Assembly (NCBI GenBank): GCA_040757175.1
Contig: JBFLXM010000049.1
Span: 29,532 to 93,531 of the forward strand
Length of the DNA: 64,000 nt
Origin: Thermodesulfobacteriota bacterium
GTDB lineage: Bacteria > Desulfobacterota > Desulfobaccia > Desulfobaccales > 0-14-0-80-60-11
Direction: 5' to 3'
The notes under the pieces were generated by a model that worked only from the letters and a program-made list of their open reading frames with translations, was not told the DNA's origin and searched no databases. The position numbers were made by a program, and so were the translations under genes. Of this stretch, positions 29,023 through 38,623 are shown in pieces; position 1 is the stretch's first letter, and the number at the start of each line of letters is the position of its first letter.

Positions 29023-29526
29023 GTGAAAGTGCCAGTTTGGTTGATAAAGTCCCGGGGTTGGCTGCTTCTCATGGTTCTGGCCGCCCTGCTTTGCACCCCG
29101 GTTCTGGCCGGGGCGGAAACCATGAAAGTCTCCATGGGCAATCAGTCCCTCTATGCGGAGCCGAATTACTCCGGCACCCCCATCACCCCGGTGCCCGCGG
29201 GCGCGGAAGTGAATGTGGTCACCACGTCCGGGGATTGGTACAAAGTGGAGTACCAGGGCAATACCGGTTGGATGCACCGGGGGGCCTTCGCCCAGGCCCA
29301 GTCGCCGCAATTGAATCTTCCGGGCATGCTTTTCGGCGGCGGGGTGAAACAGACCAAGAGCGATGAAGTGGCTCTGGCCGGCAAGGGCTTCACTCCTGAG
29401 GTGGAGGCCGGCTATCGCCAGAAACACCCGGAAATGAATTTTGCCCTGGTGGACCAGGTGGAAAGCTTCAAGGTGGATAGCGGCAAACTGCAGGCCTTTA
29501 TCAAGGAAGGAGGGTTGACGCCATGA
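29023..29526 (+). CDS. Secreted SH3b-domain protein
   Basis: AGGAGG RBS plus GTG 29023. Signal peptide LLLMVLAALLCTPVLAGA. SH3_3-like segment VSMGNQSLYAEPNYSG...GDWYKVEYQGNTGWMH. Confidence 0.65.
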   Translation: MKVPVWLIKSRGWLLLMVLAALLCTPVLAGAETMKVSMGNQSLYAEPNYSGTPITPVPAGAEVNVVTTSGDWYKVEYQGNTGWMHRGAFAQAQSPQLNLPGMLFGGGVKQTKSDEVALAGKGFTPEVEAGYRQKHPEMNFALVDQVESFKVDSGKLQAFIKEGGLTP

Positions 29527-30380
29527 GACGCCTGATGATGTGGAGTATGTTCCTGGCGCTGGCCCTCACCCTGGTTTGGGGCTGCGCCAGCATGGATTAC
29601 GCCTCGGTGGCCAGCATTGCCGTGAAGACCACCGTCAAGGCGGTCGAGGCCTCCCGGCCCATCAGCGATTCGGAGGAATACTATATCGGCCGGGCCGTGG
29701 CGGCCCGGGTCCTGGGCACCAGCCGCCTCGTCCAGGACCCCCAGTTGACCCTCTACGTCAACGAAGTGGGGGAGACTGTGGCCCGGAAGTCCCCCCGGCC
29801 CAACACTTACAAGGGCTATCATTTTGCCGTGCTGGATAGCGCCGAGCCTAACGCCTTCGCCTGTCCCGGGGGCATTATCTTTGTTACCAAGGGTTTGGTG
29901 GTGATGTGCGGCAATGAGGACGAACTGGCCGCGGTGTTGGCCCATGAAGTGGCCCATATTGCCAATAAGGACGGGATCAACTCCATCAGCAAGGCCCGTT
30001 GGACCGAGGTCCTCACCACCCTGGGGACGGAGACCGCCAAGCAATACGCGGGCGCGGGGGGCCAGTTGATCACCCTGTTCGAAGGCTCCATTGACGACGT
30101 GTTCAAGACCATCGTGGTCAACGGCTACAGCCGCAGCGCGGAGGAGGCCGCGGACGCCCAGGCCGTGGCCACCCTGAGAAAGGCCGGATATGATCCCGGG
30201 GCCCTGCCCGCGCTGTTGAACAAGATGATGGCCAAGACCGGAGCGGGAAGCTCGGGCATCTTCAAGACCCATCCGCCCACCAGTGATCGCTTGGCCAAGG
30301 TGAAGACCGGGACCCCGGGCGCTACCCCGGATAAGATGGAAGCCGTACGCACCAAACGCTTCCAAAGTATCAAAATGTAA
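29523..30380 (+). CDS. M48-family zinc metalloprotease (lipoprotein)
   Basis: HEVAHIANKD (HExxH). Lipobox LVWGC. ATGA overlap with the upstream gene. Confidence 0.85.
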   Translation: MRRLMMWSMFLALALTLVWGCASMDYASVASIAVKTTVKAVEASRPISDSEEYYIGRAVAARVLGTSRLVQDPQLTLYVNEVGETVARKSPRPNTYKGYHFAVLDSAEPNAFACPGGIIFVTKGLVVMCGNEDELAAVLAHEVAHIANKDGINSISKARWTEVLTTLGTETAKQYAGAGGQLITLFEGSIDDVFKTIVVNGYSRSAEEAADAQAVATLRKAGYDPGALPALLNKMMAKTGAGSSGIFKTHPPTSDRLAKVKTGTPGATPDKMEAVRTKRFQSIKM

Positions 30381-30387
30381 CCCTCTT

Positions 30388-30433
30388 CCCAGGGGGCCGG
30401 GGCCCAGCCCCGGCCCCCTGGGGGCAACTTTTG
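30388..30433 (+). terminator. GC-rich hairpin terminator candidate
   Basis: CCCAGGGGGCCGGGG / CCCCGGCCCCCTGGG 15-bp stem followed by a weak T tract (CTTTTGG). Confidence 0.5.
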
Positions 30434-30578
30434 GAAAGAGGCGCCTGGGGAGCAGGAGTTGGGTCCTGCCGCCACCCCCAGATCCCCTTTTAGACAGGCC
30501 CCTTTATTTTCTACCACCCTCTAGCCTGCCTCCATATTTTCCTTATCCATCCTGGGAAATTAGCCGATAAAGCATCAG

Positions 30579-31292
30579 GTGCCGGTAATGCAAAACCCGC
30601 TCTGTTCCCTGACCGAGTGCCCCTTTGGGGCTGAAGATTGCCCTCTGTGCGCGGAAGTTCAACGTCTGCGAAGTGAGTGCGATCGCCTCCATGAACTGTC
30701 CCACACCGACTCCCTCACCGGAGTTTTCAACCGGCGCTATTTGATGATCGCCCTGGACCAGGAAAGGGAGCGGACCCGGCGCACCGGCCTCCCCACCAGC
30801 CTGATCATGATCGATCTGGATCATTTCAAGCGGATCAACGACACCTATGGCCATCACGCGGGAGATGAGGCCCTCAAGTGGGCCAGTCAGTTGTGGCGGA
30901 AGAATTTGCGGCGCATCGATATTCTCTGCCGTTACGGGGGTGAAGAATTTGCCGTTATCCTTCCCGGGACCCGTCTTCAGGCCGCAGTGCGGGCAGCCAA
31001 GCGCCTGCAGACTACCATGCAACAATCGCCCCTGACCCTGCTGGGCCGGAAGGTAACTCTGACCGCCAGTTTTGGGGTGGATACTTTCCTGTACACGGAA
31101 GAACTGACGTCCCGGGCTTTCATCAAACGGGCTGACAAGTTTTTACTGGAGGCCAAGATCAAGGGCCGCAACCAGGTATGTTGCCGGAAACCGGAGAAAG
31201 CCAAACAGACCATGGAAGTCACCGTGGACGAAAGGACGGCGCTCTTTGGCGGCGGCATCCTGCCCCAACGGGGGGCGGCGCGCAAGAAATAA
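30579..31292 (+). CDS. Diguanylate cyclase (GGDEF) with a short Cys-rich N-terminus
   Basis: RYGGEEFAV active site. RRID I-site 5 residues upstream. N-terminal CSLTECPFGAEDCPLCAEV. Confidence 0.85.
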   Translation: MPVMQNPLCSLTECPFGAEDCPLCAEVQRLRSECDRLHELSHTDSLTGVFNRRYLMIALDQERERTRRTGLPTSLIMIDLDHFKRINDTYGHHAGDEALKWASQLWRKNLRRIDILCRYGGEEFAVILPGTRLQAAVRAAKRLQTTMQQSPLTLLGRKVTLTASFGVDTFLYTEELTSRAFIKRADKFLLEAKIKGRNQVCCRKPEKAKQTMEVTVDERTALFGGGILPQRGAARKK

Positions 31293-31314
31293 ACCTCTAT
31301 AAGGGGCTGAAGTT

Positions 31315-32130
31315 ATGGCAGAAATAACCAGGCACAACTCCCTCAAACCCATGATGGCCTGCATAAGCAGCGGCAAGGGTGGCGTGGGGAAGACCAGCCT
31401 GACGGTGAACCTGGCCTTTTCCTTGGCGCAAAAGGGTCTCAGAGTGCTAGTGGTGGACGGCGATCTCGGACTGGCCAACGTGGACGTGCTGCTGGGCCTC
31501 CAGGTGCAAACCACCATCAACGACATCCTGGACCGGGATGCCGACCCCCTGGAAGCGGTAGTCTATGTGGAGCCGCGCCTGGGTATCCTGCCCGCCAGCT
31601 CCGGAGTGCCTGACCTGGCCAAGCTCGGGCCGGAGGATCACCGGCAACTGGGCAGCATTTTGCTCCCCATCACCCGGCATTTCGATTTCGTCCTGGTGGA
31701 TACCGCCGCGGGCATCGGCTCCTCGGTGCTTTGGTTCAACACCTTCGTGGATTATAATATCCTGCTGCTCACTCCCGACCCCACCGCCATGACCGACGCC
31801 TATGCCCTGATCAAGGTCCTGTCCCGGGACTATCACCGGCAGACCTTCCACTTGCTCCTGAACCAGGTCAAGAACGAAGCCGAAGCCCGCCAGGTTTACG
31901 ACCATCTGGCCCGGGTGGCTTCCCATTTCCTAAACCTGAACCTGGAGTACCTGGGCGCGGTGCCCCATGATGCCTCGGTGAGCAAGGGGGTGCGCCATCA
32001 GAAGCCTTTCATCAAGGTTGCCCCCCACAGCAAGGCGGCCATGGCCATTTCCAGCCTGGCCGAGCGCCTCAAGGGTTGGGTCCCCCAAAAATCAGCGTCC
32101 CGGAAAACCGTGGGGGAAGCAGGGGGTTGA
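31315..32130 (+). CDS. MinD/ParA-family P-loop ATPase (FlhG/YlxH-like)
   Basis: SSGKGGVGKTSLTVNLA deviant Walker A. VDGDLGLANVDVLLG. Confidence 0.8.
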   Translation: MAEITRHNSLKPMMACISSGKGGVGKTSLTVNLAFSLAQKGLRVLVVDGDLGLANVDVLLGLQVQTTINDILDRDADPLEAVVYVEPRLGILPASSGVPDLAKLGPEDHRQLGSILLPITRHFDFVLVDTAAGIGSSVLWFNTFVDYNILLLTPDPTAMTDAYALIKVLSRDYHRQTFHLLLNQVKNEAEARQVYDHLARVASHFLNLNLEYLGAVPHDASVSKGVRHQKPFIKVAPHSKAAMAISSLAERLKGWVPQKSASRKTVGEAGG

Positions 32131-32164
32131 GAGACTGGATCGATGGCGTCCCCCCACGCGGTTT

Positions 32165-32446
32165 TTAGACTTGCCGGGTGCGGGCCCGGATCAGAAAAAA
32201 GATCATGATCCCCGAAACGGCCTGGGCTAAAGTGGCCAGGCCCAGAATAATCCGGTAGACGCCGCCCAGGGGGGGCCAGCCCAAATGCAGGAAACTCAAA
32301 AGGCTATCTAACCGGGAAGGGTCGCCGCCGGGAATCAACCCCAGGGCTGCAAGGCCCAACCCCGTCAGGGTCTGCCCCATCAGGAACCAGACCACAATCA
32401 TCCCCAGAAGCCGGTGGAACTTCCGCACCTCCAATTCTTTCATCAA
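32165..32446 (-). CDS. Small hypothetical membrane protein (93 aa, about 3 TM)
   Basis: ORF with hydrophobic helices. No recognised family. Confidence 0.45.
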   Translation of the reverse strand: MMKELEVRKFHRLLGMIVVWFLMGQTLTGLGLAALGLIPGGDPSRLDSLLSFLHLGWPPLGGVYRIILGLATLAQAVSGIMIFFLIRARTRQV

Positions 32447-32504
32447 GAATCTCCCTTGCCCGGTTTTCTGATACTAATTCGTCGCCGACCGTATATGTTT
32501 GCCC

Positions 32505-32556
32505 AGGGGCGAATCTTGTATTCGCCCATAATGAGAGGGCGAACACCAGGTTCGTT
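32505..32556. repeat. Degenerate REP-like double hairpin (AGGGGCGAATCTTGTATTCGCCC ... GGGCGAACACCAGGTTCG)
   Basis: Same GGGCGAAC...GTTCGCCC motif as 57599-57658. Confidence 0.55.
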
Positions 32557-32575
32557 ACAATTTGCTGCCATTTGA

Positions 32576-32794
32576 TTGCGACTTGGTATTAAATCCTTGG
32601 AAAATCGTGCCATCGAAGGGCAGTTGCTCACCGTCAAGCAACTGCTTCCCGAAGTGTCCCAGGCGGTGGGCCATGAGGTTTCTCTGGGATATATCTACGC
32701 CCTCCTGAGACGGCATCGTTGGCGGAAACTGGGACCTCGCCCGCGTCACGTCAAGGCGAAGCGCGAGGTTCAGGAAGAATTTCAAAAAAACTAG
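32576..32794 (+). pseudogene. Relic of an IS630-type transposase N-terminal wHTH region (no DDE domain)
   Basis: The 72-aa ORF ending LLRRHRWRKLGPRPRHVKAKREVQEEFQKN resembles the HGWRK..PRPRHPKADP..QE.FKKN block of IS630-family transposases. No catalytic domain follows. Confidence 0.45.
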
Positions 32795-32843
32795 CCGACC
32801 TCCCCATTTCCCCCCTTCGCTTAACAGAAAACAGAAAACCGTC

Positions 32844-33599
32844 TCAAGCATACCTATCCACTTCATCATCATTTACGGCAGGGGGGGCGGGGCGCTCCTT
32901 CTTCAATTCTTCCTGCCAATATTGATTGGCCAGTTGAATCAGGGCCTCCCGGGGGGCCAGGTCCTGGGTCAGGGCCTGCATGGTCTCTTGACTCACTTTT
33001 CCCCGGCGCACCACCTCTTCCCCGGCCAGGAGGGCCGCGTCCAGCACCATTCCCACCTGGAGCTGCAAGGGCGGCATGGTGAGAAACTCGGAGGAATGGC
33101 GGTAGATTTCAGCTACCAAGTGGGGGCCGAAAATCAGGCGCATATTCAGGGACAGGGCCTCAAAATTGTATTGCTCCGGGAAGCCGCAAACGCTTAAGAC
33201 CGCGATCCGGGGGACCCGGGCCACCCGGAAGGGGTGGCCGGTGCGGTTCCCCCGGTCGGTAAGGAAGGGCTCCAACATGGGCAAGGTGCGTTCGATGAAG
33301 GATTTCATGCGGGCGTTCATGCTGAAGTGATACAAGGGCGTGGCCAGCACCGCCAGGTCGGCCCCCAGGAAGCGCCCGAACAATTCCCCGGCCATGTCGT
33401 CCTGCTGTACACACTGCCCTTTATTCTGGAGCCAGCAGCCGAAGCATCCCAGGCAATGCTTGATCCGGTAGTCTCGCAGATAAAGGGTTTCCGCGGCTGC
33501 CCCGGCCTGCCTGGCTCCCTCCAGAAACTTTTGCAGGATGAGCTCGGTCTTACTGGTCTGGTTATCCCGGGGACTGCTGTTGAAAGCCACGATATTCAT
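32844..33599 (-). CDS. Flavodoxin-like-fold NAD(P)H-dependent FMN reductase / iron-sulfur flavoprotein-like
   Basis: MNIVAFNSSPR...CLGCFGCW...GQC motif typical of Isf/NADPH-FMN reductase family proteins. Confidence 0.7.
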   Translation of the reverse strand: MNIVAFNSSPRDNQTSKTELILQKFLEGARQAGAAAETLYLRDYRIKHCLGCFGCWLQNKGQCVQQDDMAGELFGRFLGADLAVLATPLYHFSMNARMKSFIERTLPMLEPFLTDRGNRTGHPFRVARVPRIAVLSVCGFPEQYNFEALSLNMRLIFGPHLVAEIYRHSSEFLTMPPLQLQVGMVLDAALLAGEEVVRRGKVSQETMQALTQDLAPREALIQLANQYWQEELKKERPAPPAVNDDEVDRYA

Positions 33600-33640
33600 G
33601 GGGGCTCCTGTTTAAATTAGCAAGAGAGGTTAACGAGAGG

Positions 33641-33712
33641 TCAGGGTTAAAAATGGGGAAAAAGGTGAAAGGGGGAAAAGGGAAAGACGAAATCTTTTCC
33701 CCTCTTCGCCCC
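33641..33712. repeat. Purine-rich tract followed by a complementary pyrimidine tract (imperfect long hairpin)
   Basis: GGGGAAAAAGGTGAAAGGGGGAAAAGGGAAAG ... CTTTTCCCCTCTTCGCCCC. Same style as 63001-63104. Confidence 0.6.
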
Positions 33713-33725
33713 ATGGCCAAGCGTC

Positions 33726-34478
33726 TCAGTCTTTCCTATTAATTAGTGCGGCTAAGCAGCCGGCGCCGAAGCCGTTGTCGATGTTCACCACGGCCACGCC
33801 GGTGGCGCAGGAATTGAGCATGGTGAGCAGCGCGGCCAAACCCCCGAAGGAGGCGCCGTAGCCCACGCTGGTGGGCACCGCGATCACCGGCCGGTCCACC
33901 AGGCCCCCCACCACACTGGGAAGGGCCCCGTCCATGCCCGCCACCACGATGAGGCAGGTGGCCTTGCTCAACAGTTCCTGGTGGGCCAGCAAACGGTGCA
34001 ATCCGGCCACGCCCACGTCATAGAGGGCTTCCACCCGGTGCCCCATGATTTGGGCGGTGAGGAGGGCCTCTTCCGCCACCGGGATGTCGGAAGTGCCCGC
34101 GGACATGACCACGATCACCCCCCGGCCCCGGTCATTGATCACCCCCTGGATGATGGTCAGCACCTGGGAATCGGGGTGGTAGCGCGCCTCCGGGAACTCC
34201 GGGAGCAGGACCTCGGCCTTCTCCGGGGCCAGCCGGGTCACTAAGATATTGGTGGTTTTGGGCTGCAAGGCGGTGAGAATACCCCGGATTTGGGCCACGC
34301 TTTTGCCCGCGGCAAAGATCACTTCCGGGAACCCCTGGCGCAACTGGCGGTGGTGGTCCACCCGGGCAAAACCCAGGTTTTCAAAGGGCAGGGTGCGCAG
34401 GCGCTCCAGGGCTTCCGCCACCGGCAGACTGCCCCGGCGCACCTCCTCCAACAACTGCTCCAGGATGTTGATATCCAT
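33726..34478 (-). CDS. larB: Nickel-pincer cofactor biosynthesis protein LarB (PurE-like carboxylase/hydrolase)
   Basis: N-terminal LEEVRRGSLPVAEALERLR, then an AIR-carboxylase-like core AGTSDIPVAEEA...VAGMDGALPSVVGG. Confidence 0.8.
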   Translation of the reverse strand: MDINILEQLLEEVRRGSLPVAEALERLRTLPFENLGFARVDHHRQLRQGFPEVIFAAGKSVAQIRGILTALQPKTTNILVTRLAPEKAEVLLPEFPEARYHPDSQVLTIIQGVINDRGRGVIVVMSAGTSDIPVAEEALLTAQIMGHRVEALYDVGVAGLHRLLAHQELLSKATCLIVVAGMDGALPSVVGGLVDRPVIAVPTSVGYGASFGGLAALLTMLNSCATGVAVVNIDNGFGAGCLAALINRKD

Positions 34479-34551
34479 GGGGGCATCCTTTTTTGCAAGG
34501 GATAAAAGATAATCAGGATCAATACCAGGTGCGCCCGGCGCACCAAGAATC

Positions 34552-35685
34552 TCATTCCTCGGCTAATTTCCCTTCCCGGGAGACGCGGTAGGCGCGGCCG
34601 CCCCAGGTGACCCGGTCGCCAAGAAAGCTCAACAACCAAATAATACCGGACCAGAAGTCTTTCAAGGGAAGCAGGAGAAAAAAGGACCAGGGGAGACTTC
34701 CCTTAAGGGCCCGGCGCTCGGAAAAGGAGGCCAGCGTCCCCCGGACTGCCAGGGTGGCCCCCAGTAAGCCCAAGGCCCAGGGGGCCAATCCGGAGGCCAG
34801 AAAGAGGGCGCCGCTGAATATCAGCGCGTGGGTGATGCCGTAGGCCAGGTAGCCCCGGGGGCGGCAGACCCGGTAAGTCCTGGCCCAGCGCAGTTGATGG
34901 GCCAGGTATTCTTTGAACCCCATCCGGGGGGTCAAGGTCTCCACCACCTCGGGGAGGAGCCGCACCCGGTAGCCTGCCTGGGCCACCCGCCAGCCCAACT
35001 GGTAGTCATCGGCTAGAAAGTCGGCCAGGGCTCCAAAACCCCCGCTGGCGGCCAGGGCCTGCCGGGAAAGCGCCATGGCGGCCCCCAGCGCGAAGCGGAT
35101 GCCTTCCACATAAAAGGCCGTGGCCACTGAAGGGATGAAATCCCCGCTGATGGTCAGGGCCTCCAGACCCGCGCCCAGGGTCCGCACCGGCCCGGCCCGG
35201 TATATACAGGAGACCAGCCCCACTTTGGGTTCCTGGAGCGCGGCCGCGATCCGGGTTAAAAAATCCGGCCCCACCTTCACGTCCGCGTCGGCGATCACCA
35301 GGAGGTCATAAAGGGCGTGGGGCTCCAACTGCCGCAAGGTGCTCACTTTAGGGTTTAAACCCAGGGTCTCCGGACAGATGACGATTTCCACCCCGGGCCG
35401 GGGAAAGGAACCTCGCAATTCCTGGAGAAGGGGCAGAAGGGGATCATCCGGGTTTTTCACCCCGAAGATCACCTGGAAGGGATGATAGTCCTGGGAGAGA
35501 AAACTCTCCAGGCATTCCCGGGTGGTTTCGTCCAGGGCCTTGAGGGGTTTAAACACGGTAATGCCGGGCAGGGGAGGGGAGGGGCCGGGGTCGCGGGGCC
35601 GGCTGCAGAAGCGCCACAAGCAACACAGGGCCAGAACCTGGTATACCAGGGCGGCCAGAAGTAAAAAAAATAAGGGATAAGTCAC
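34552..35685 (-). CDS. Membrane glycosyltransferase, GT2/GT21-like (ceramide glucosyltransferase/HpnI-like)
   Basis: N-terminal TM. GITVFKPLK...SFLSQDYHPFQVIFGV. DADV motif. QLRWARTYR (Q/RxxRW-like). Confidence 0.65.
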   Translation of the reverse strand: MTYPLFFLLLAALVYQVLALCCLWRFCSRPRDPGPSPPLPGITVFKPLKALDETTRECLESFLSQDYHPFQVIFGVKNPDDPLLPLLQELRGSFPRPGVEIVICPETLGLNPKVSTLRQLEPHALYDLLVIADADVKVGPDFLTRIAAALQEPKVGLVSCIYRAGPVRTLGAGLEALTISGDFIPSVATAFYVEGIRFALGAAMALSRQALAASGGFGALADFLADDYQLGWRVAQAGYRVRLLPEVVETLTPRMGFKEYLAHQLRWARTYRVCRPRGYLAYGITHALIFSGALFLASGLAPWALGLLGATLAVRGTLASFSERRALKGSLPWSFFLLLPLKDFWSGIIWLLSFLGDRVTWGGRAYRVSREGKLAEE

Positions 35686-35819
35686 CGGATTACCTAAAAA
35701 AGGTTTTACTTTATCATATCATCTCCCGATAAAAATAGTATCTAATACAGGGATTAAATCCCGGGAAAGAGCCGCGGTTGCCTTCATCGGGCCCCAGCCT
35801 CTTTCGGGGGAGGCTCATA

Positions 35820-36530
35820 ATGATACAGGCGGTTCTGTTCGACCTCTACGGCACCTTGGTGGACATCTTGACGGATGAATGGGATTTGTTCACCTACCGC
35901 ATCCTCAGCAGTTTTCTTGGCTATTTCGAGATCTACATCGACCCGGAGGAGTTGGCCGCCAAATATCAGCAGAAGACCGCGGAGAAAATGATGGCCTATC
36001 AGGAAGGCCCTTACGGCGAGATCGACGTCTTTCAGGTCTTCGAGGAATTTCTCCAGGAAGGATGGCACAAGCAGCCGGAGCGGTCCATGGTGGTTTGGCT
36101 GGCCCGCCTCTTCCGCTCCCTCACCCGGCGCCGCTTCGGTCTCTTCGAAGACGCGCTCCCGGTTTTGGAAGAGTTGGAGGGGAACTATCAAATGGGGATT
36201 GTCTCCGACGCCCAGTGGGTGTTCAGCGAACCGGAAATACGGATGTTGGGGTTAACCAAATTTTTCGACCCCATTGTCCTCTCCTCCCGCTATTTTGTCC
36301 GCAAACCCGATCCCCAAATCTATGCCCACGCCCTCAAGGCCATGCGGATTAAACCCGCCGAGGCTCTGTACGTGGGCAATGACCCGGACACGGATGTGAC
36401 CGGTCCCCAGACTATTGGCATGCCGGTGATCCTCATCGACCGCGGGGATTGCCTGCACCAGGCGCCAGTGCCCCGCATCCGGGATTTGCGGGAGCTGCCC
36501 GGATATATTGAGAAAAACTTTCCTGCTTGA
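35820..36530 (+). CDS. HAD-superfamily hydrolase
   Basis: MIQAVLFDLYGTLVD (DxYGT motif I), SDAQ, GNDPDTD motif IV. Start inside track ORF 35778..36530. Confidence 0.8.
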   Translation: MIQAVLFDLYGTLVDILTDEWDLFTYRILSSFLGYFEIYIDPEELAAKYQQKTAEKMMAYQEGPYGEIDVFQVFEEFLQEGWHKQPERSMVVWLARLFRSLTRRRFGLFEDALPVLEELEGNYQMGIVSDAQWVFSEPEIRMLGLTKFFDPIVLSSRYFVRKPDPQIYAHALKAMRIKPAEALYVGNDPDTDVTGPQTIGMPVILIDRGDCLHQAPVPRIRDLRELPGYIEKNFPA

Positions 36531-36611
36531 TTTCCATTCTTAAGCATTTCCCCCCTTTATTTCCCCCGGAAGATGCTTAGGATATAAGGAATTAGGGACA
36601 AAGGAGAGGCT

Positions 36612-36953
36612 ATGGCGGCGACTATACAATGGCGCGGGAATTGGGAAGAGGCTGCGGCTGAGGCCAAAGAGGCCAATCTGCCCCTGTTGTTGGAGCTTTA
36701 TTTGGAGGGCTGCCCCCACTGCCAGCGGTTGGACCGGGAAACCCATGGGGACGCGGCCGTGGCTGCGGCCCTCAATGCGCGCTTCATACCCGTGCGCCTT
36801 GAGGGTCGCAGCCATATGGACCTGGTGCAAAAGCTGGGAGTCCGGGGCGCGCCCGCCACCCTCATCTTCAGTCCGGAGGGCAAGGAATTGCGGCGCTTTG
36901 CCGGCTTTCTGCCCCCCCAGGAATATCTCCGGGAAATACAAGAAGCCCCTTGA
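36612..36953 (+). CDS. Thioredoxin-fold protein (CPHC)
   Basis: LELYLEGCPHCQRLD redox motif. AAGGAGAGG RBS. Confidence 0.7.
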   Translation: MAATIQWRGNWEEAAAEAKEANLPLLLELYLEGCPHCQRLDRETHGDAAVAAALNARFIPVRLEGRSHMDLVQKLGVRGAPATLIFSPEGKELRRFAGFLPPQEYLREIQEAP

Positions 36954-37091
36954 AGCGAACCTTCCCACCCCGCCCTTTTCTCTTTCCGGGGTTATTTCTG
37001 GTTTGCTAATCCGGGCGATTTTGCATAATATTAAGAGGTCGGCCTGAAGGGCTTCCGGAGCCCCGGCTTAAATCCAGAAACAGGGTATTGC

Positions 37092-38087
37092 ATGAGATTG
37101 AGCCTGAAGCCCCAGCTTTGGGCCTGGTCTTTGGCCCTTCTGCTTTTGGCTGCGCCCCTGGCGGCCAAGACGGAAGAAGGCCTGGACCTCACGGCCCGTG
37201 CCTTTGTCATCATGGACGCCAATACCGGCGATGTTCTGCTGTCCTATAACCCCCAACTCTTTTGGCCTCCCGCCAGCACCCTCAAGGTGATGACCGCCAT
37301 GTATGTGCTGGACCGCTTGAAAATGGATGATAAAGTAACGGTGAGCGCCACCGCGGCCGCGGCTCCCCCCTCCAAGATCGGCATCAAACCCGGGGAAGTC
37401 TACACCGTGGAAGAGCTGCTCTATGCCCTGCTGCTTAATTCCGCCAATGACGCGGCCCGGGCCCTGGCCGAGCGGGTGAGCGGCAGCGAGGAGGCTTTTG
37501 CCCGGGACCTCACCCGGCAGGTGCGGCAGTGGGGAGCCTATCGCACCACCCTGGCCACCGCCAACGGCTTGCCCGCGGACAACCAGTACTCCACGGCCCA
37601 GGACCTGGCCCTGATGCTGAAAAAGGCCATGGAGTACCCGGAATTGGTGAAGATCATGGGTACCAAGTATCACCACATTCAGGGTGACCGGGAGCTGCGC
37701 AATCACAACCGTTTCTTGTTTACCACTCCCCTGGCGGTGGGGGGTAAGACCGGCTTCACCCGGGCCTCCAAACACACCTACGTAGGCATGTTTCGTAAGG
37801 ATGACCGGGCCATCATCATCTCCTTGATGGGCAGTAATCAGAAATGGGCGGATTTGCGGCCTCTGATTGAGAAGGGCTTTGAGCTGGAAGGCACTCCCAT
37901 CGCCAAGCTGCCGCCTCAGGAGGAGAAACTCTGGTTCCCCAAAAGACATATGGGCAAATATGCCGCGACCGGCGGAAAATCCAAACTGCGGCGGGCCCCC
38001 AAGGTGGCCATGGGTTCCGCGACCTCCTTTCCCGGGAAGAAAAAAAGCCGCCCAATTAAAAAGAAAGCCAAAGGCCAGGAGCAATAA
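37092..38087 (+). CDS. D-alanyl-D-alanine carboxypeptidase (PBP5/6-like, S11)
   Basis: ASTLKVMTA (SxxK), NSANDAA (SxN), GKTGFT (KTG), signal peptide. Confidence 0.85.
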   Translation: MRLSLKPQLWAWSLALLLLAAPLAAKTEEGLDLTARAFVIMDANTGDVLLSYNPQLFWPPASTLKVMTAMYVLDRLKMDDKVTVSATAAAAPPSKIGIKPGEVYTVEELLYALLLNSANDAARALAERVSGSEEAFARDLTRQVRQWGAYRTTLATANGLPADNQYSTAQDLALMLKKAMEYPELVKIMGTKYHHIQGDRELRNHNRFLFTTPLAVGGKTGFTRASKHTYVGMFRKDDRAIIISLMGSNQKWADLRPLIEKGFELEGTPIAKLPPQEEKLWFPKRHMGKYAATGGKSKLRRAPKVAMGSATSFPGKKKSRPIKKKAKGQEQ

Positions 38088-38113
38088 ATTTCCCGGTTAG
38101 AGTCCACCTGTTA

Positions 38114-38368
38114 ATGAAGGGTCTATTTAATAAAATCAAGAACTTGCCTACCCGCCGACGTTTTGTGGTCTCCACCATTCGCAAGGAAGACAACACCTTT
38201 GAGACCGCGGTTTTTGAGGCTAATTTTTTCTACCTGCCCCGGAGCTGGTCCCAGCCGGCACTGGTGGTGGCCACGGCTACCCAGGATGAGGCTTGGGATA
38301 CCCATTACCTGCTGACGGTCAGGTTGACCAAGGAATATCCCCTCCGCATTTTTCAAGAATATTCTTGA
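38114..38368 (+). CDS. Hypothetical protein (84 aa)
   Basis: ORF only. No family recognised and no clear RBS. Confidence 0.35.
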   Translation: MKGLFNKIKNLPTRRRFVVSTIRKEDNTFETAVFEANFFYLPRSWSQPALVVATATQDEAWDTHYLLTVRLTKEYPLRIFQEYS

Positions 38369-38507
38369 TTTTTTCCCGATGGAAAATTATGCCGCAGCCG
38401 CCTCTATGAGGGCTCTGGCCCCCACTATTTGCGGGTCTTACCGGAAACGCGCCGGATTAAAGATTTATGGAAGGAATGCCGATAGAAACATAAAATAGCT
38501 TAGTATT

Positions 38508-38606
38508 GTTGCTAGGCATCGAAAGGGCAAACTACTCCGAAAGGGTAGGACGCAAAGTCTCCGACCTACAGCCCCTGGGCCACGGTAGCGGGATTGCCGA
38601 AATGCA
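38508..38606 (+). promoter_or_regulatory. c-di-GMP-I (GEMM-I) riboswitch aptamer
   Basis: AAGGGCAAACTACTCCGAAAGGGTAGGACGCAAAGTCTCCGACCTACAGCCCC...ACGGTAGCGGGATTGCCGAAATGC. Matches the conserved GGCAAAC / GAAA tetraloop / GGACGCAAAG-CUCCG-CCUA / GGUAGCGGGGUU-CCGA blocks of GEMM-I. Confidence 0.85.
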
Positions 38607-38623
38607 TGGGCGATCTGTGTTGC

